Assembly (NCBI GenBank): GCA_037445065.1 | Contig: JBBILD010000012.1 | Location: 53,624-117,623, forward strand | Direction of reading: 5' to 3' | Origin: Myxococcales bacterium | GTDB taxonomy: Bacteria; Desulfobacterota; Binatia; HRBIN30 | DNA: 64,000 nt | In this document: positions 30,007 through 40,681 of the stretch, piece by piece | How positions within the stretch are numbered: position 1 is the first letter of the stretch | How the letters are laid out: each line of letters opens with the position of its first letter | Program-made: the position numbers and the translations under genes | The notes under the pieces: generated by a model | The model's database searches: none | Told to the model about the DNA's origin: nothing | The model's input: the letters and a program-made list of their open reading frames with translations, nothing else

Positions 30007-31605
30007 CCGCCAGCCTGTACCTAAAGGCACACGCCACGCACCGGGCGTCCAACCCTACCACCGGCGACCACAAACGCCGCCCGTCAAATCGGGGCTGACC
30101 ACTGTGGGCCCTCCTCCCGCTTTCGCGCGGAGCTGTGACGTACTGCTGACCTCGCCGCGCGCCAGGTTGCATCCGCGTAAGTTCCGTCCGCTCCCCGTCG
30201 CAGTTGTCGCAAGCGCCTCCCAACGGAAGCCATGGCCACACGGAGTGCGCAGCTAGCGGTTGGCGTCACCCCTTTGGTCGCTTGCACCATCTCGCCTACC
30301 TTGCAGCGTAGGGCCGCGGCTTGTGCCTTCCGCTGCCGAAGCAGGAAAGAATCAGCGCATTGCAGCCCGGGCAACTACCCGGAGTCGTCCTTACGACGTG
30401 GTCGGCGCGGCCCACAACAGTTCGCCACGCGAGTTGAACCAGCACATCCCGCAGCAAGCCGGTGCGCGGGGAGCCGGTGCGAATCTGTGGGCATGGACAC
30501 AGCATCCTCACAGTTCCCCTACCTCAGCAAAGTTCTACGGGGCTCTTGCACCCACTCTCCGCCGACGACTGCATGAATCTCCACAGCGCAGCGCGCGAGT
30601 ACAACGGTTGCCCACAAGGTTCGCGTTCCGCGCAGGGTGGTTCTCGGCCGTTGCCCGCCACCGCTCGGGCAGGCACTCGAGTACAGCCGAGTCCCCACGC
30701 CAACCTGCCTGCGTTGTGGCATGGTCTTCCATTGTCAGGGCAGGCCCGTGCTTGCCATTGACGCGACGGAACCACTACTCCACAACCAGCACCACCGGTG
30801 CCCACAGGAGTTGTCCCCACACGCAGCGAGCTTCAGCGATCCACCAGATCTCGTAGACGCACGGATAGGGCCGGCCGCGTGTACTTCGCCTTGTACATTC
30901 ACGCTGCTGGCGCGCGAAGGACCGGAAGGCTCGCTCCCATGAGATGGGCAGTGGGCGCGTCGCCTGGAGCGAGGTGAGTGCATCGAAACGGGCTCTGCGC
31001 CCTGTTGCAGCGCCTTCACAAGGGCAACACAGGCAAGCGGGAGAGTTACCCCGACATCGCAGCGGGCCGTTGGTGCACGTGGACCCGAAAATCCCAGACG
31101 CACTGCCGCGTCCGCAAGGCGCATCTGGACGGAACCTGCTGCTCGAGCGCGCGAGACTGCGGCTCGTCGTGGAACAACACAATGCGCGGATCGCAGCAAC
31201 AAGGCGGCTCTACAGGTCGGCACGACCGGATCTGCGGCGGTTGCGTTGCGGGCTTTTGCCGCAGGCCACTTCGCGCGCGGCTGTTCCCGGCCGGACCAGA
31301 GCCCCGGGCCACTCGGCACACGCGCTCGCTGCCTGTGCGACCAACCGGACTCGGTTGGGCCTCCCAAGCTGCCAGTCGGGCGTGCTCGTAGCCTTCGGTC
31401 TGTTGGCAAGGCGGAGGAACTGTGGCGCAAGGCACCTGGTCTGCCCCAGAAAACGCTCGCCGGAGCCATCGCTGGCGTACAAAACAACCGGGGCGCGAAG
31501 CTCCTCGATCTTAAGCCGCTGCTTCCGGTGTGTGACTCAGCGCCAGCACAGAGCCGACCGCGCACACGTTCACGTACGCGGCCGCACCGGCAGCACATCC
31601 GTGCC

Positions 31606-33156
31606 TCAGATCTTGCGCTCGCGGCCGGCCCAGTAGGGATCGCGGAGCTTGCGCTTGTACAACTTGCCGTTGGGGTCGCGCGGCATCTGGTCGATGAAGT
31701 CTACCGAGCGCGGGCACTTGTAATTGGCCAGCCGCTCGCGGCAAAAGTGGATCAGCTCCTCAGCGAGTGCGGGGCTGGGCTCGACACCCGGCGCCGGCTC
31801 CACCACTGCCTTCACTTCTTCGCCCCAATCTTCGTGCGGGATTCCGAACACCGCCACGTCGGCAACCTTGGGGTGCGTGAGCAGCACATTCTCCACTTCG
31901 GCCGGGTAAATATTAGCCCCGCCGGAAATGATCATGTCAATCTTGCGGTCGCAGAGAAACAAGTACCCTTCTTCGTTGAGGTATCCGACGTCGCCTACGG
32001 TGAAGAAGCCCTCGCGGCGGTTCGCTTCGGTCTTGGCCTTGTCCTTGTGGTACTCGAAGTCGGCCTGGCCGAGTTTCATATACACGGTTCCCGGCACACC
32101 CGGTGGGCAGTCACGGCCTTCGTCGTCGAGGACGCGGATCTCTGCGCCTGGCCAAGCGCGGCCAACCGTCCCTGGGTACTTGAGCCACTCCTCTGGAGTC
32201 ACGATCGTGCCGCCCCCCTCGCTGGCAGCGTAGTATTCGTAGATCACCGGGCCCCACCACTCGAGCATCCGTCGCTTCACTTCCACTGGGCAGGGCGCTG
32301 CAGCGTGGATCACGTGCCGCCAAGAAGATACGTCGTAGCGGCGCTTCACTTCCTCGGGCAGCGCGAGCAAGCGATGGAACTGGGTGGGGACCATATGCGT
32401 AGTGGTGGTCCGGTACCTCTCCACCACTTGCAGGCAGCCCTCGGGAGTCCACTTGTCCATCAGCACCACCGCGTGGCCGAAGTGCAAAGACGCGCCGGCA
32501 AAAAGCAGCACTGCGGTGTGGTAAAGGGGCGAGCCGGTGAGGTGGACGTTGTCGTTTTCAGGCTGGATCCCGAACATGGCCAAGAACCAGCCGTACATGG
32601 AGAACACCGTGTCCGGGTCGTAGGGCGATAGGGGCCGGCGCACGCCTTTGGGCCTGCCCGTGGTGCCCGAGGTGTAGTTCATGACTTGCCCGGCGGTGCG
32701 CTCTTCGGGCAGCGAACTCGGCTGCCCAGCCTCCAAGTCGTAAACGGGGCGAAACCCTGCAATGGTGCCGGCCGCAAAACAGCGCGCCTCGGGTAGCCCC
32801 GCCTCGCTGGCAGCGGCCCGGCAACTGGCAGCAAAGCGCTCGCTCGCAATGAACACGCGGGCCTCGGAGTCCTGCAAGATGTAGGCGATCTCGCTGGCAG
32901 TCAGATGCGTATTGATCGGCACCAGGTACCACCCAGCCTGGCCGGCGGCCAAGTACAGGGCGATCATGTCAGCGGTATTCGGCAGCACAACTGCCAGGCA
33001 ATCCCCCTTTTGCATGCCCGCAGCGCGCAACCCGTGCACTAGCCGGTTGGCACGGGCGAGCAGCTCCGCGGCAGTCCACCGCGTACCGTCCGGCTCCACA
33101 AGTGCGAGCCGTTCGGGGTTGCGTTGCGCCATGCTCCAAAAGCCGTACTCGGACAT
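31606..33156 (-). CDS. Acyl-CoA synthetase (long-chain fatty-acid-CoA ligase type)
   Basis: YTSGTTGRPKG, EYYAASE, GDVGY, SGGANIYPAEVE and NGKLYK. Confidence 0.95.
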   Translation of the reverse strand: MSEYGFWSMAQRNPERLALVEPDGTRWTAAELLARANRLVHGLRAAGMQKGDCLAVVLPNTADMIALYLAAGQAGWYLVPINTHLTASEIAYILQDSEARVFIASERFAASCRAAASEAGLPEARCFAAGTIAGFRPVYDLEAGQPSSLPEERTAGQVMNYTSGTTGRPKGVRRPLSPYDPDTVFSMYGWFLAMFGIQPENDNVHLTGSPLYHTAVLLFAGASLHFGHAVVLMDKWTPEGCLQVVERYRTTTTHMVPTQFHRLLALPEEVKRRYDVSSWRHVIHAAAPCPVEVKRRMLEWWGPVIYEYYAASEGGGTIVTPEEWLKYPGTVGRAWPGAEIRVLDDEGRDCPPGVPGTVYMKLGQADFEYHKDKAKTEANRREGFFTVGDVGYLNEEGYLFLCDRKIDMIISGGANIYPAEVENVLLTHPKVADVAVFGIPHEDWGEEVKAVVEPAPGVEPSPALAEELIHFCRERLANYKCPRSVDFIDQMPRDPNGKLYKRKLRDPYWAGRERKI

Positions 33157-33187
33157 ATCTCGATTCCCTCCAGCTAAGAAACGTTTG

Positions 33188-34372
33188 TCACGCGGACCGC
33201 GGCAGACCCAAGATCCGTTGCGCGATCACGTTACGCTGGATCTCCGAGGTGCCGCCCATGATCGTTTCGGAACGCGCGTACAAGTACTCGCGCACCATGC
33301 GCTCCCACTCCTTCTCCTCTCCCTCCGGGCAAGCATTGGCCCACGCGCCGAGCACCCGCATGGTTACGTCTTGCAAGCGCTGGTCGGTCTCGCTGCCCAT
33401 GACTTTCTCGATCGAACTCTCGCTCCCGGGCTGACCGCTGCGGCACAGCCGCGTCATGCTGCGGTACCCGCTAACGCGCAGCATTTCGACTTCGATGAAG
33501 GCTTGCGCCAGCCACTGCCGAATCAGCGGGTCGGCCCCCAGTTTGTGTCTCCGTACAAAAGCGAGGAGCTGATCCAAACTGCGCCGAATCTTGCGCTGGA
33601 AGGTAAACGTCCACACCGGACCTCGCTCGTGCGCCAAGATCCCCATCGCAATCGCCCAGCCGCTGCCGGGCTGGCCAACGAGATTCTCCGCGGGCACGCG
33701 CACGTCTTCGAAAAACACCTCGCAAAACTCCGCTTCACCGGTGATCTGGCGCAGAGGCCGCACCGTGATCCCGGGGGTGTGCATGTCCACCAACAACAGG
33801 CTCAAGCCGCGGTGCTTCGGCGCTTCCGGTTCCGTACGGCAAAGGAGGAAACACCAATCGGCGAGGTCGGCGTGGCTGGTCCACACTTTCTGCCCGCTCA
33901 CCACGAACTCATCGCCGTGCCGCTCCGCGCGGGTGCGCAGCGACGCCAGGTCCGAACCAGCGCCGGGCTCCGAGAAACCTTGGCACCACAGTTCCTCGCC
34001 GGACAGCAGTGGCCGGATGAACCGCTTTTGCTGCGCGGGCGTACCATGCTCGAGCAGCGCGGTGCCGATCAGATCTACCGCACCACTGCTCGCAATCGGG
34101 CGCGGAGCGCCAATGCGATCTAGCTCCTCCTCGAACAGCCAGCGCTGCACAACGCCTGCACCACGCCCGCCTCGCTCGCGCGGCCAACTAATGGCAGCCC
34201 AGCCGCCCTCGAACAACAATCGTTGCCAGGGACGCGCAATTTCCACCCAAGCTGGGTCGTCCGCTCGGGTCCACAAGCGGTCCCGGCGCCAAGCCTTCGG
34301 CAGGTTGGCCTCCAGCCACGAGCGCGCCTCTTCTGCGAACGCGAGATCCTCCACGGAAAACGACAGGTCCAT
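33188..34372 (-). CDS. Acyl-CoA dehydrogenase
   Basis: WCQGFSEPGAGSDLA, GQKVWTS, EFCEVFF and TIMGGTSEIQRN. Confidence 0.95.
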   Translation of the reverse strand: MDLSFSVEDLAFAEEARSWLEANLPKAWRRDRLWTRADDPAWVEIARPWQRLLFEGGWAAISWPRERGGRGAGVVQRWLFEEELDRIGAPRPIASSGAVDLIGTALLEHGTPAQQKRFIRPLLSGEELWCQGFSEPGAGSDLASLRTRAERHGDEFVVSGQKVWTSHADLADWCFLLCRTEPEAPKHRGLSLLLVDMHTPGITVRPLRQITGEAEFCEVFFEDVRVPAENLVGQPGSGWAIAMGILAHERGPVWTFTFQRKIRRSLDQLLAFVRRHKLGADPLIRQWLAQAFIEVEMLRVSGYRSMTRLCRSGQPGSESSIEKVMGSETDQRLQDVTMRVLGAWANACPEGEEKEWERMVREYLYARSETIMGGTSEIQRNVIAQRILGLPRSA

Positions 34373-34389
34373 CGGCACGCTTTGTGGCC

Positions 34390-34410
34390 TGACAAACAAC
34401 TGTTTGTCAA
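34390..34410. promoter_or_regulatory. Perfect palindromic operator overlapping a TTGACA -35 box
   Basis: TGACAAACA-AC-TGTTTGTCA (34390-34409), 18 bp upstream of the acyl-CoA dehydrogenase ATG; minus strand reads TTGACA at 34410-34405. Confidence 0.7.
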
Positions 34411-34675
34411 GCACGGCAACCTCGGCCGGCCGCTTTCCCAGCACATCACGGGAGCGCCGGCCCGACCAAGTTGGTTCGGTCGCGCGCGTGTTCTCCCTTG
34501 GCATTCGTCCCGACTCACAGTGAGCCAGAGAGCGCGTGCGAACGAGACCGCCTGCGAGAAGAATCGTTCGCCTGTGGCCGTTCCCTGCGCCAGATCGTGG
34601 GCGCTGCTTTCTTGGCACGGCTTTCGATATAGAGCGGCTGCAAACGGCGATCGCTCAAAACAAGGAGGCAAACAC

Positions 34676-36088
34676 ATGTCCGGCGATGGAGTTGCGGGAA
34701 TCGTGCTAGCGGCGGGTCTGGGAACGCGGATGCGGTCTCGGCGTCCCAAGGTGTTACACGAGCTTGCTGGCGAACCGCTGATTACGTACCCACTGCGCTT
34801 GTTGCGGGGGGTGGGGGCAGACCCCATCGTGGTGGTCGTCGGGCCCCATGCCAAGGAAATCCGCCAGGTCGCTGAGCCGTTCGGGGTGCGCTTTGCCGTA
34901 CAAAGAGAACCCCGCGGCACCGGGGATGCCGCGGCGGCGGGGATGGCCGCCATTCCGAAGTTTTCCGGGAACGTTGTCATTCTTCCGAGCGATCTGCCCC
35001 TCATCAGCGAGGACACGTTGCAGCGCGTCATCCAAGCACACACCCAGCAACGAGCAGGGTTGACGCTCCTCACCAGCGTGCTGCTCGACCCAACCGGCTT
35101 TGGGCGCGTTGTCCGCGATCAGTTCTCGGGTTTGGTGGCCTGCATCGTCGAAGATGCCGACTGCACTCCGCAGGAGCGCGCCATTCAGGAGGTAAACGTT
35201 GGTGTCTACTGCGTGGAAGCGAACTTCCTCAGAACTGCGCTGACCCAACTCGATGCCGCCAACGCCCAGGGGGAATTTTATTTGACCGACATTGTCGGCC
35301 GCGCGCGCGCTGCCGAACTGCATATCGTTCCCATTACCGCCGAGGAAAAAGAGGTTGCTCAGGTGAGCAACCGGGTGGACCTCGCGCGCTGCGAGCAACT
35401 GTTGCGCGAACGCCTGACCACTCGTTGGATGCACCTGGGGGTCACATTCATTGATCCGTCCTCTGTGACCCTAGGGCCGCTGGTCGAGATCGGGACCGAC
35501 GTCGTGATTGGTCCGAACGTCACGATTTATGGCCGCACTTCCATCGGTCCCCTCACGACGATCGATGGTACGGCACGCATCGGCAACTGCCACATCGGTG
35601 CGCGCTGTCACCTCAAGCTGGGGGTCGTCCTGGAGGAAGCCGAAGTTGGGGACGACGCCGTGGTCGGCCCCTTCGCTCAGCTCCGTCCCGGTACGCGTCT
35701 CGGAGCGCGGGTGCGGATCGGCAACTTTGTAGAAACCAAGAACGCGGTCCTGGGCTCGGGAGTCAAAGCTAACCACCTCGCCTACCTGGGCGACGTGGAA
35801 GTGGGAGAGGATACCAACATCGGTGCGGGCACCATCACCTGCAACTACGACGGCTTCCGCAAGCACAAGACGATTATCGGCGCCCGCGTGCAAGTGGGGA
35901 GCGATTCGCAATTCGTTGCTCCGGTGCGCATCGGGGACGACGCGTACATCGCGACTGCAACCACGGTTCGTAAGGACGTGTCTGCGGGCGCGCTGGTCTA
36001 CAACCCAAGGTCCCAACGAGAACGGGCGGGTTGGGTGGCGGCCCGCCGTGCCAAAGAGCAAAGCGGCGGCGAGCACGGGGGAGACTAG
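34676..36088 (+). CDS. glmU: Bifunctional UDP-GlcNAc pyrophosphorylase / glucosamine-1-phosphate acetyltransferase
   Basis: LAAGLGTRM..PKVLH, NAQGEFYLTD, hexapeptide repeats, GNFVETKN, HLAYLGD and CNYDG; AAGGAGG RBS. Confidence 0.97.
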   Translation: MSGDGVAGIVLAAGLGTRMRSRRPKVLHELAGEPLITYPLRLLRGVGADPIVVVVGPHAKEIRQVAEPFGVRFAVQREPRGTGDAAAAGMAAIPKFSGNVVILPSDLPLISEDTLQRVIQAHTQQRAGLTLLTSVLLDPTGFGRVVRDQFSGLVACIVEDADCTPQERAIQEVNVGVYCVEANFLRTALTQLDAANAQGEFYLTDIVGRARAAELHIVPITAEEKEVAQVSNRVDLARCEQLLRERLTTRWMHLGVTFIDPSSVTLGPLVEIGTDVVIGPNVTIYGRTSIGPLTTIDGTARIGNCHIGARCHLKLGVVLEEAEVGDDAVVGPFAQLRPGTRLGARVRIGNFVETKNAVLGSGVKANHLAYLGDVEVGEDTNIGAGTITCNYDGFRKHKTIIGARVQVGSDSQFVAPVRIGDDAYIATATTVRKDVSAGALVYNPRSQRERAGWVAARRAKEQSGGEHGGD

Positions 36089-36228
36089 AAGAAGATTCCA
36101 CTGCTCGCGTCGGCGGTGATGTTCCTCGCGATCCCACAGCCGTGGCGCAAGAGTGTCGGTGCGAAAAAAAGCGAGCTGGAGGCACGACGGCAAGCTTTTC
36201 CTTTTTCACCTCGAAGAACCGAGGAACG

Positions 36229-36780
36229 GTGGTCCTACTAACCGGAGCAACAGGACAACTCGGCAAGGCAACGATCGAATTTCTGCTGAAGAAAACCTCG
36301 GCAAACCGACTTGGAAGCCGAAGCGGCCCGAAAACCGGCAACAGCGCGGCATACAGGTTCGCATCGCCGAGTACAGGGAGTACGCGCCCCGTCCAGCCGT
36401 TCAAAGACGTCGAGAAACTTCTTCTCTTTTCATTCAACGACGTTCTCTACCGCACGTGGCAGCATCCCAACACCGTGCGCGCCGCACCGAAAGCCGGCGT
36501 GAAGCACGTCGCCTATGCAAGCGTTCAAAGGCGATCAAGCGGATCGCCGGGCTTGCCGTTGTCATGGAAGCACACGTCCGAACCGGACAGTCATTGAGCG
36601 AGTCGGGGCCTCCCTACTCCTTCTTCGAGGACGGCTCCTATATGGGCACGGTGCCGGATCTGATCGGGTGAAACGTTGTGCAAACGGGCACAACCTTTTT
36701 CCCTGCCGCCACCGGTGAGCTGAAGTTCCTCCTCCGCCACGACATAGACGAAGGGCTAAGGGCTTCGTTGATGCATCATG
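36229..36780 (+). pseudogene. NmrA/YtfG-like NAD(P)H-binding SDR pseudogene
   Basis: Fragments across frames: LTGATGQLGKATIEFLL / GIQVRIAEY / DVEKLLLFS..QHPNTVRAA.KAGVKHVAYAS / EAHVRT..LSESG.PYSFF.DG.Y. Confidence 0.8.
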
Positions 36781-36803
36781 CGGCACCGCGTTCGACAAAG
36801 TAG

Positions 36804-37217
36804 CCGCGGCTACGAGTACAGGCCGTTGACTTTACTCGGAACGAAAATCTCATCCGCGATGGGAGCGGTACAAACGACCGTCCAACCATTCTGCCCCGAT
36901 CCATCGGGCGACCGATGGAAGAGCACTGGCGCAGGATGAAGCCCGTGCATCAGAAAGATTTTGCTGACGGCTTGGGGCGTGTCCCACTGGCCGATGCGGG
37001 ATCGAGCAAGTATCCGAATGCCTCTCGTGAGTGCCCCTGCTCGCCGGTCCTTCCGCAAGAAAACCGGTGGAAGGAACGAAACAACAGGAGGGCGGCGACC
37101 GCAGCAAGCGGATGAACCGGTCCTGAAAAATGCGTTCGAGCAGACAGTGAACGCAGGCCGGGACTTACCGAGCGCTCGACGCGTCACACGCTGAGGCACT
37201 CGGCCGCGACGCACTGG
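36804..37217 (+). pseudogene. intI: Integron integrase IntI remnant (internal fragment)
   Basis: RLRVQAVDFTRNENLIRDGSGTNDRPTILP, the IntI-specific insertion (VHQKDFADGLGRVPL..KYPNASRE..PQENRWK) and, after frameshifts, HTLRHSAATH at 37185-37214. N-terminus and catalytic Tyr region are absent. Confidence 0.85.
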
Positions 37218-37289
37218 ATTTACGGACACTCGCAGATGAGGTCTTTGGTGCCATCGACAAGGACACGGTATTTCAGGAAGCGCTGAACC

Positions 37290-37804
37290 TTCTCTTCACG
37301 CTCCTGGTGCTCTTACGTTCGGGCTAGCACTGGCACAGTCCGCAACCACCCTGGCCTTTGTCGAGTACGCGCGAGGCCTCGCTGTCCCCGCGCTTCCCAT
37401 TGTCGCAGTCGGGCATCTTCTCAGCGACGGGGTCACCACGTACGTATACATCGAACGCGGCATTGGCCGCTCCGCGACTCTGGTAGGAGAGAGATTGGTA
37501 GGGTTTCTCGAGTTGGCGGGGTTCGTTCGCCTTTCCTGGGACGCCGTCTTTATCTCCGTCATTACCGCCAGCCCTCTCCTCTTCGTGGGCGTCCTTCTCA
37601 GGGGAGGTGCAGTGGTCCCTTTACTCAGCTCGTGCCACCCACCGTTCGGATCGAATGCGTTCCTGCGGCCGGCCTTTCTGGTTGCTCTGCTGTCGCCGTG
37701 CTGATCTTCTTCCCGAGCTACTGGGTCCCAAAGTTCCTGGATCTTTGGGCCTCGATGGCCACTGACCATGGGCCATGCCGACTGGCCAGGCCCATGGTGC
37801 AGGT
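37290..37804 (+). pseudogene. 5'-truncated, frameshifted membrane-protein gene cassette
   Basis: Hydrophobic open frame about 37290-37704 with no start codon until TTG 37495; a second frame runs into attC-1 (NKTLQPT). Confidence 0.45.
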
Positions 37805-37859
37805 GTGCAACAAGACGCTGCAGCCGACACCTCTGCGCGGCTGACCACCGGCGTTAGAT
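37805..37859 (+). mobile_element. attC site 1
   Basis: R'' GTGCAAC (37805-11), L'' region GCTGCAGCCG, L' region CGGCTGA, R' GTTAGAT (37853-59). Confidence 0.7.
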
Positions 37860-37890
37860 CCGCGAAGCAACGCCAGACAGAGGGTAATAC

Positions 37891-38487
37891 GATGCCGCGA
37901 AGCTGCTAGCTGTTGCTGCTGCCGCCCCGCACCGGCCCGATGGCAGGCTGTTCCCATAAACCGGACGGTTCCGCCTACTTCTGGGCCTCATCAGGATCAC
38001 GTCAGAGTTATGACGTGAAGGTGCTCATTTCTTTGGTGGAAGTTGTCGAGGGAACTAAGATCGTGCGCGAGGATGGCACAGCGAACATCAACGGTAACAC
38101 CTGTCATAAGATCCTCGCTACCATCGATGAAATTCCGGGTGCTAGCTCCCATTTGTCCTATCTACGTCTCGCAGCAGATGGTATTTACTCGTGCCAGTCC
38201 ACCGACCCGAAGGCGCCCGAGAGCTTGGAGCTCCCTCAGCCCCTGAGGTCGGCCGGAAATGGACATTCGTGCAGGGCGCCCTGACGATCGAGATGGAGAT
38301 CTCTGCGAGCGAAGACTGCGACAGTGCCGAGCAGACCTACAGGCGATGCATTACGGCTAATGGGAGCGGAACGACGGGCCCGCACCCAATCAAGGCCGTT
38401 TTCTACTACGCACCGAAGACTGGTCTGGTAAAGATGAACATGGAAGAAGGCCGCTTTCTCACGGATTTGAAACTCCGGATCGAGTAG
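37891..38487 (+). pseudogene. Gene cassette encoding a frameshifted putative lipoprotein
   Basis: ..AGCSHKPD..YF..ELPQPL, frameshift near 38243, then EVGRKW..FYYAPKTGLVK..IE*; lies between two attC sites. Confidence 0.65.
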
Positions 38488-38493
38488 CCACGC

Positions 38494-38553
38494 ATCTAAC
38501 AACCGCTTGCAGGGGCCGGCGCTGCGCGCCGGCTTTCAAGCCGCCCGCTATGG
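38494..38553 (+). mobile_element. attC site 2 (R' mutated)
   Basis: R'' ATCTAAC just after the cassette stop, L arms CGCTTGCA/TTCAAGCC, perfect central stem GCCGGCGC-tgc-GCGCCGGC, R' GCTATGG (GTT changed to GCT). Confidence 0.8.
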
Positions 38554-38589
38554 GGCTTGACCACAACTCCTGCTGAACGAGCGGCCAGA

Positions 38590-40675
38590 GTGGCGGGGAA
38601 AGATGCTGCAGCCCGGGTCAAGATCGGCAAGCTAATCGCAGCAGCGGGTTGGCGCTTCTTCCCGAACGGCGGTGCGCCGGCCAACATCCAGCTCGGGCCG
38701 ACCCTGGCCATCAAAGCCGCCGATCTCGACGCCCTGGGCGAATACTTCGAGAAAGCCACGGGGAGGGTCCCTCGACTTCCTTCTGCTCCACGCCCGCGGC
38801 GTCCCGCTGATCGTCCTGGAGGCCAAAGCGGAGGACAAGAACCCTCTCGTCGGCAAGGAGCAGGCCAGCAAGTACGCCCGTTCCCAGAATCGCCGTTTCG
38901 TCATCCTCCTCCGAGGGCAACCTGCACTAGCTCTGGGATCTGGAACGCAGGAACCCCCACGTCATCGCTTCGTTTCCGACCTCGGATTCGGTCACTGGCT
39001 AGAAGTAGCTCACGCCCAATCCACAGCGCCTGGTCGAGGAGCGCGTCGGAGGATGACCACACCGCCCTGACCCAGCGACCGACCTATGGATTCGAGACGG
39101 GCTGGACGAATCCGAGCGTGCCGCCCGCATCCAGACCCACAAGCTGCGCTTTTTGCGCCGGACCAGGTCAGGGCCATCCACCAACCTCAAGCCGCCGTGC
39201 GCGAGGGCAAGAAGCGCTTCCTGTTCGAGATGGCCACCGGCACCGGCAAGACGCTCAGCGCGGCCGCGGTTGTAAAGCTCTTCCTGTGTTCCGTCAGCGC
39301 TCGGCGCGTGCTCTTCCTGGTGGGCCGTCTCGAACTACAAGATCAGGCTGCCAAAGCGGTCGAGGAGTACCTGAAAAACGATTCCACCGGCGTCATCTAC
39401 AAGGAATATTGCGAGGATTGGCACGGCGCCGAACTCGTAACCACGACGGCGCAGTCCGTGCTCTTCCACAACAAGTACCGGCGGCTGTCTTCGCCGACGG
39501 ACTTCGATCTCGAGATCTCGGACGAAAGGCACCGCTCGAGCGGCGGCAACCCCGGCACCGTTTTCGATTACTCCATCGGCTGCAAACTGGGTCTGGCCGC
39601 TGCGCCCAAGAAATACCCGGGCGGCTTCGACGCTATCAAGGGCGCGCACTCGCGACCCGCGAGAAACCGGGCGCCGCCGGCTTCTCTACACCTACCGTAC
39701 CTTTGGCTGGGAGAGTGGCCAGCCGACCTTCGGCTGTTCCCTACTGGACTCGGCGGGGTCAGAGACGACTATCCGCTCAGCCCGACCATCGTAAAGGCGG
39801 ACACGGGAGTGACGACCCAATTGCTCTGCGAAGAGGGCGTCATCGTCTCCTTCACCAGCGAGGACCAGCAGGACACCTTCGAACAGCGCGAGTTCGGAAG
39901 GCGTTTCTTCTCGCACGCGGCCAACGCCGTGTTCTGCAAGTGCGAGACCTCGTTCGAAAACTCCCTCCGCGACCCGGTGAGTGCCAAGATCGGTTAGTCT
40001 GTGGTCCTCCCAATGAGCGAGAGCCACGTCGCCAAACTGGCCCAGAGCTTCAACCCGATGGCCGCGAGCGTGTTTCCCGGCAAGTACCAGTCGGATCTCG
40101 CCGTGCAGGTCACCTCACCCTTGCCCGAGGCCCAGCAGTTCACCGCCAACTTCGTTAACAACAAAGTGATGGGCTCGGGCAATTTCATCTTCATCCCGGT
40201 GGGCAAGAGCAGCAACGCACGCGTGTGCCCCACCGTGGGCACGATGACCTCCGGCTACGATTGCAGCGCCCTCCTGAACCCCAGGCCGTTCCGCCCCGTC
40301 CTCTCGCCGGCGGACTTCATCCAGATCAAGGAGCGGGGTACGCGCAAGCACGATTTCCGCAAGCAAGTCTTCGAGGACGCGCTGCGCAAGAGCACCCCCC
40401 AGCCGCACCACACCGCCTTCAATCTCTTCGACTTTTCCGACCACTGCGAGTACTTCGAGGCCGAGTCCAACCACGACGAGGGGTTGAGGCTCCGGGCCCG
40501 AACGGCGCCCATCACGAAGGCCGCGGACGCGCGCCTCCGGCTGTGTACTTGGGCGCGTACGAGCACCTCGGCGCCGGCATCCTCTCGTCTGCGCGGGAAG
40601 AGGCCATCGGCTACGATGGCATGAACATCGACCGCATGTTCTCCGGGCGGCTCGAGCAGACGGTTCGCGAGGACA
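38590..40675 (+). pseudogene. hsdR: Type I restriction enzyme R subunit pseudogene
   Basis: Nuclease DFLLL..LEAK..GKEQA, Walker A EMATGTGKT, degenerate DEAH (ISDERHRS) and QIKERGTRK; multiple frameshifts and stops, 3'-truncated. Confidence 0.87.
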
Positions 40676-40681
40676 AGGAAT

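Noticed and set aside
34613..34628. Sigma54-like TGGCACG upstream of glmU
   Set aside because: The -12 element reads TCGA rather than TTGC, so the conserved GC is missing.
36810..37229. 139-aa minus-strand ORF
   Set aside because: Antisense shadow of the intI remnant.
38557..40158. 533-aa ORF as an intact gene
   Set aside because: Only about the first 70 residues are HsdR-like; the rest is out-of-frame read-through of the pseudogene.
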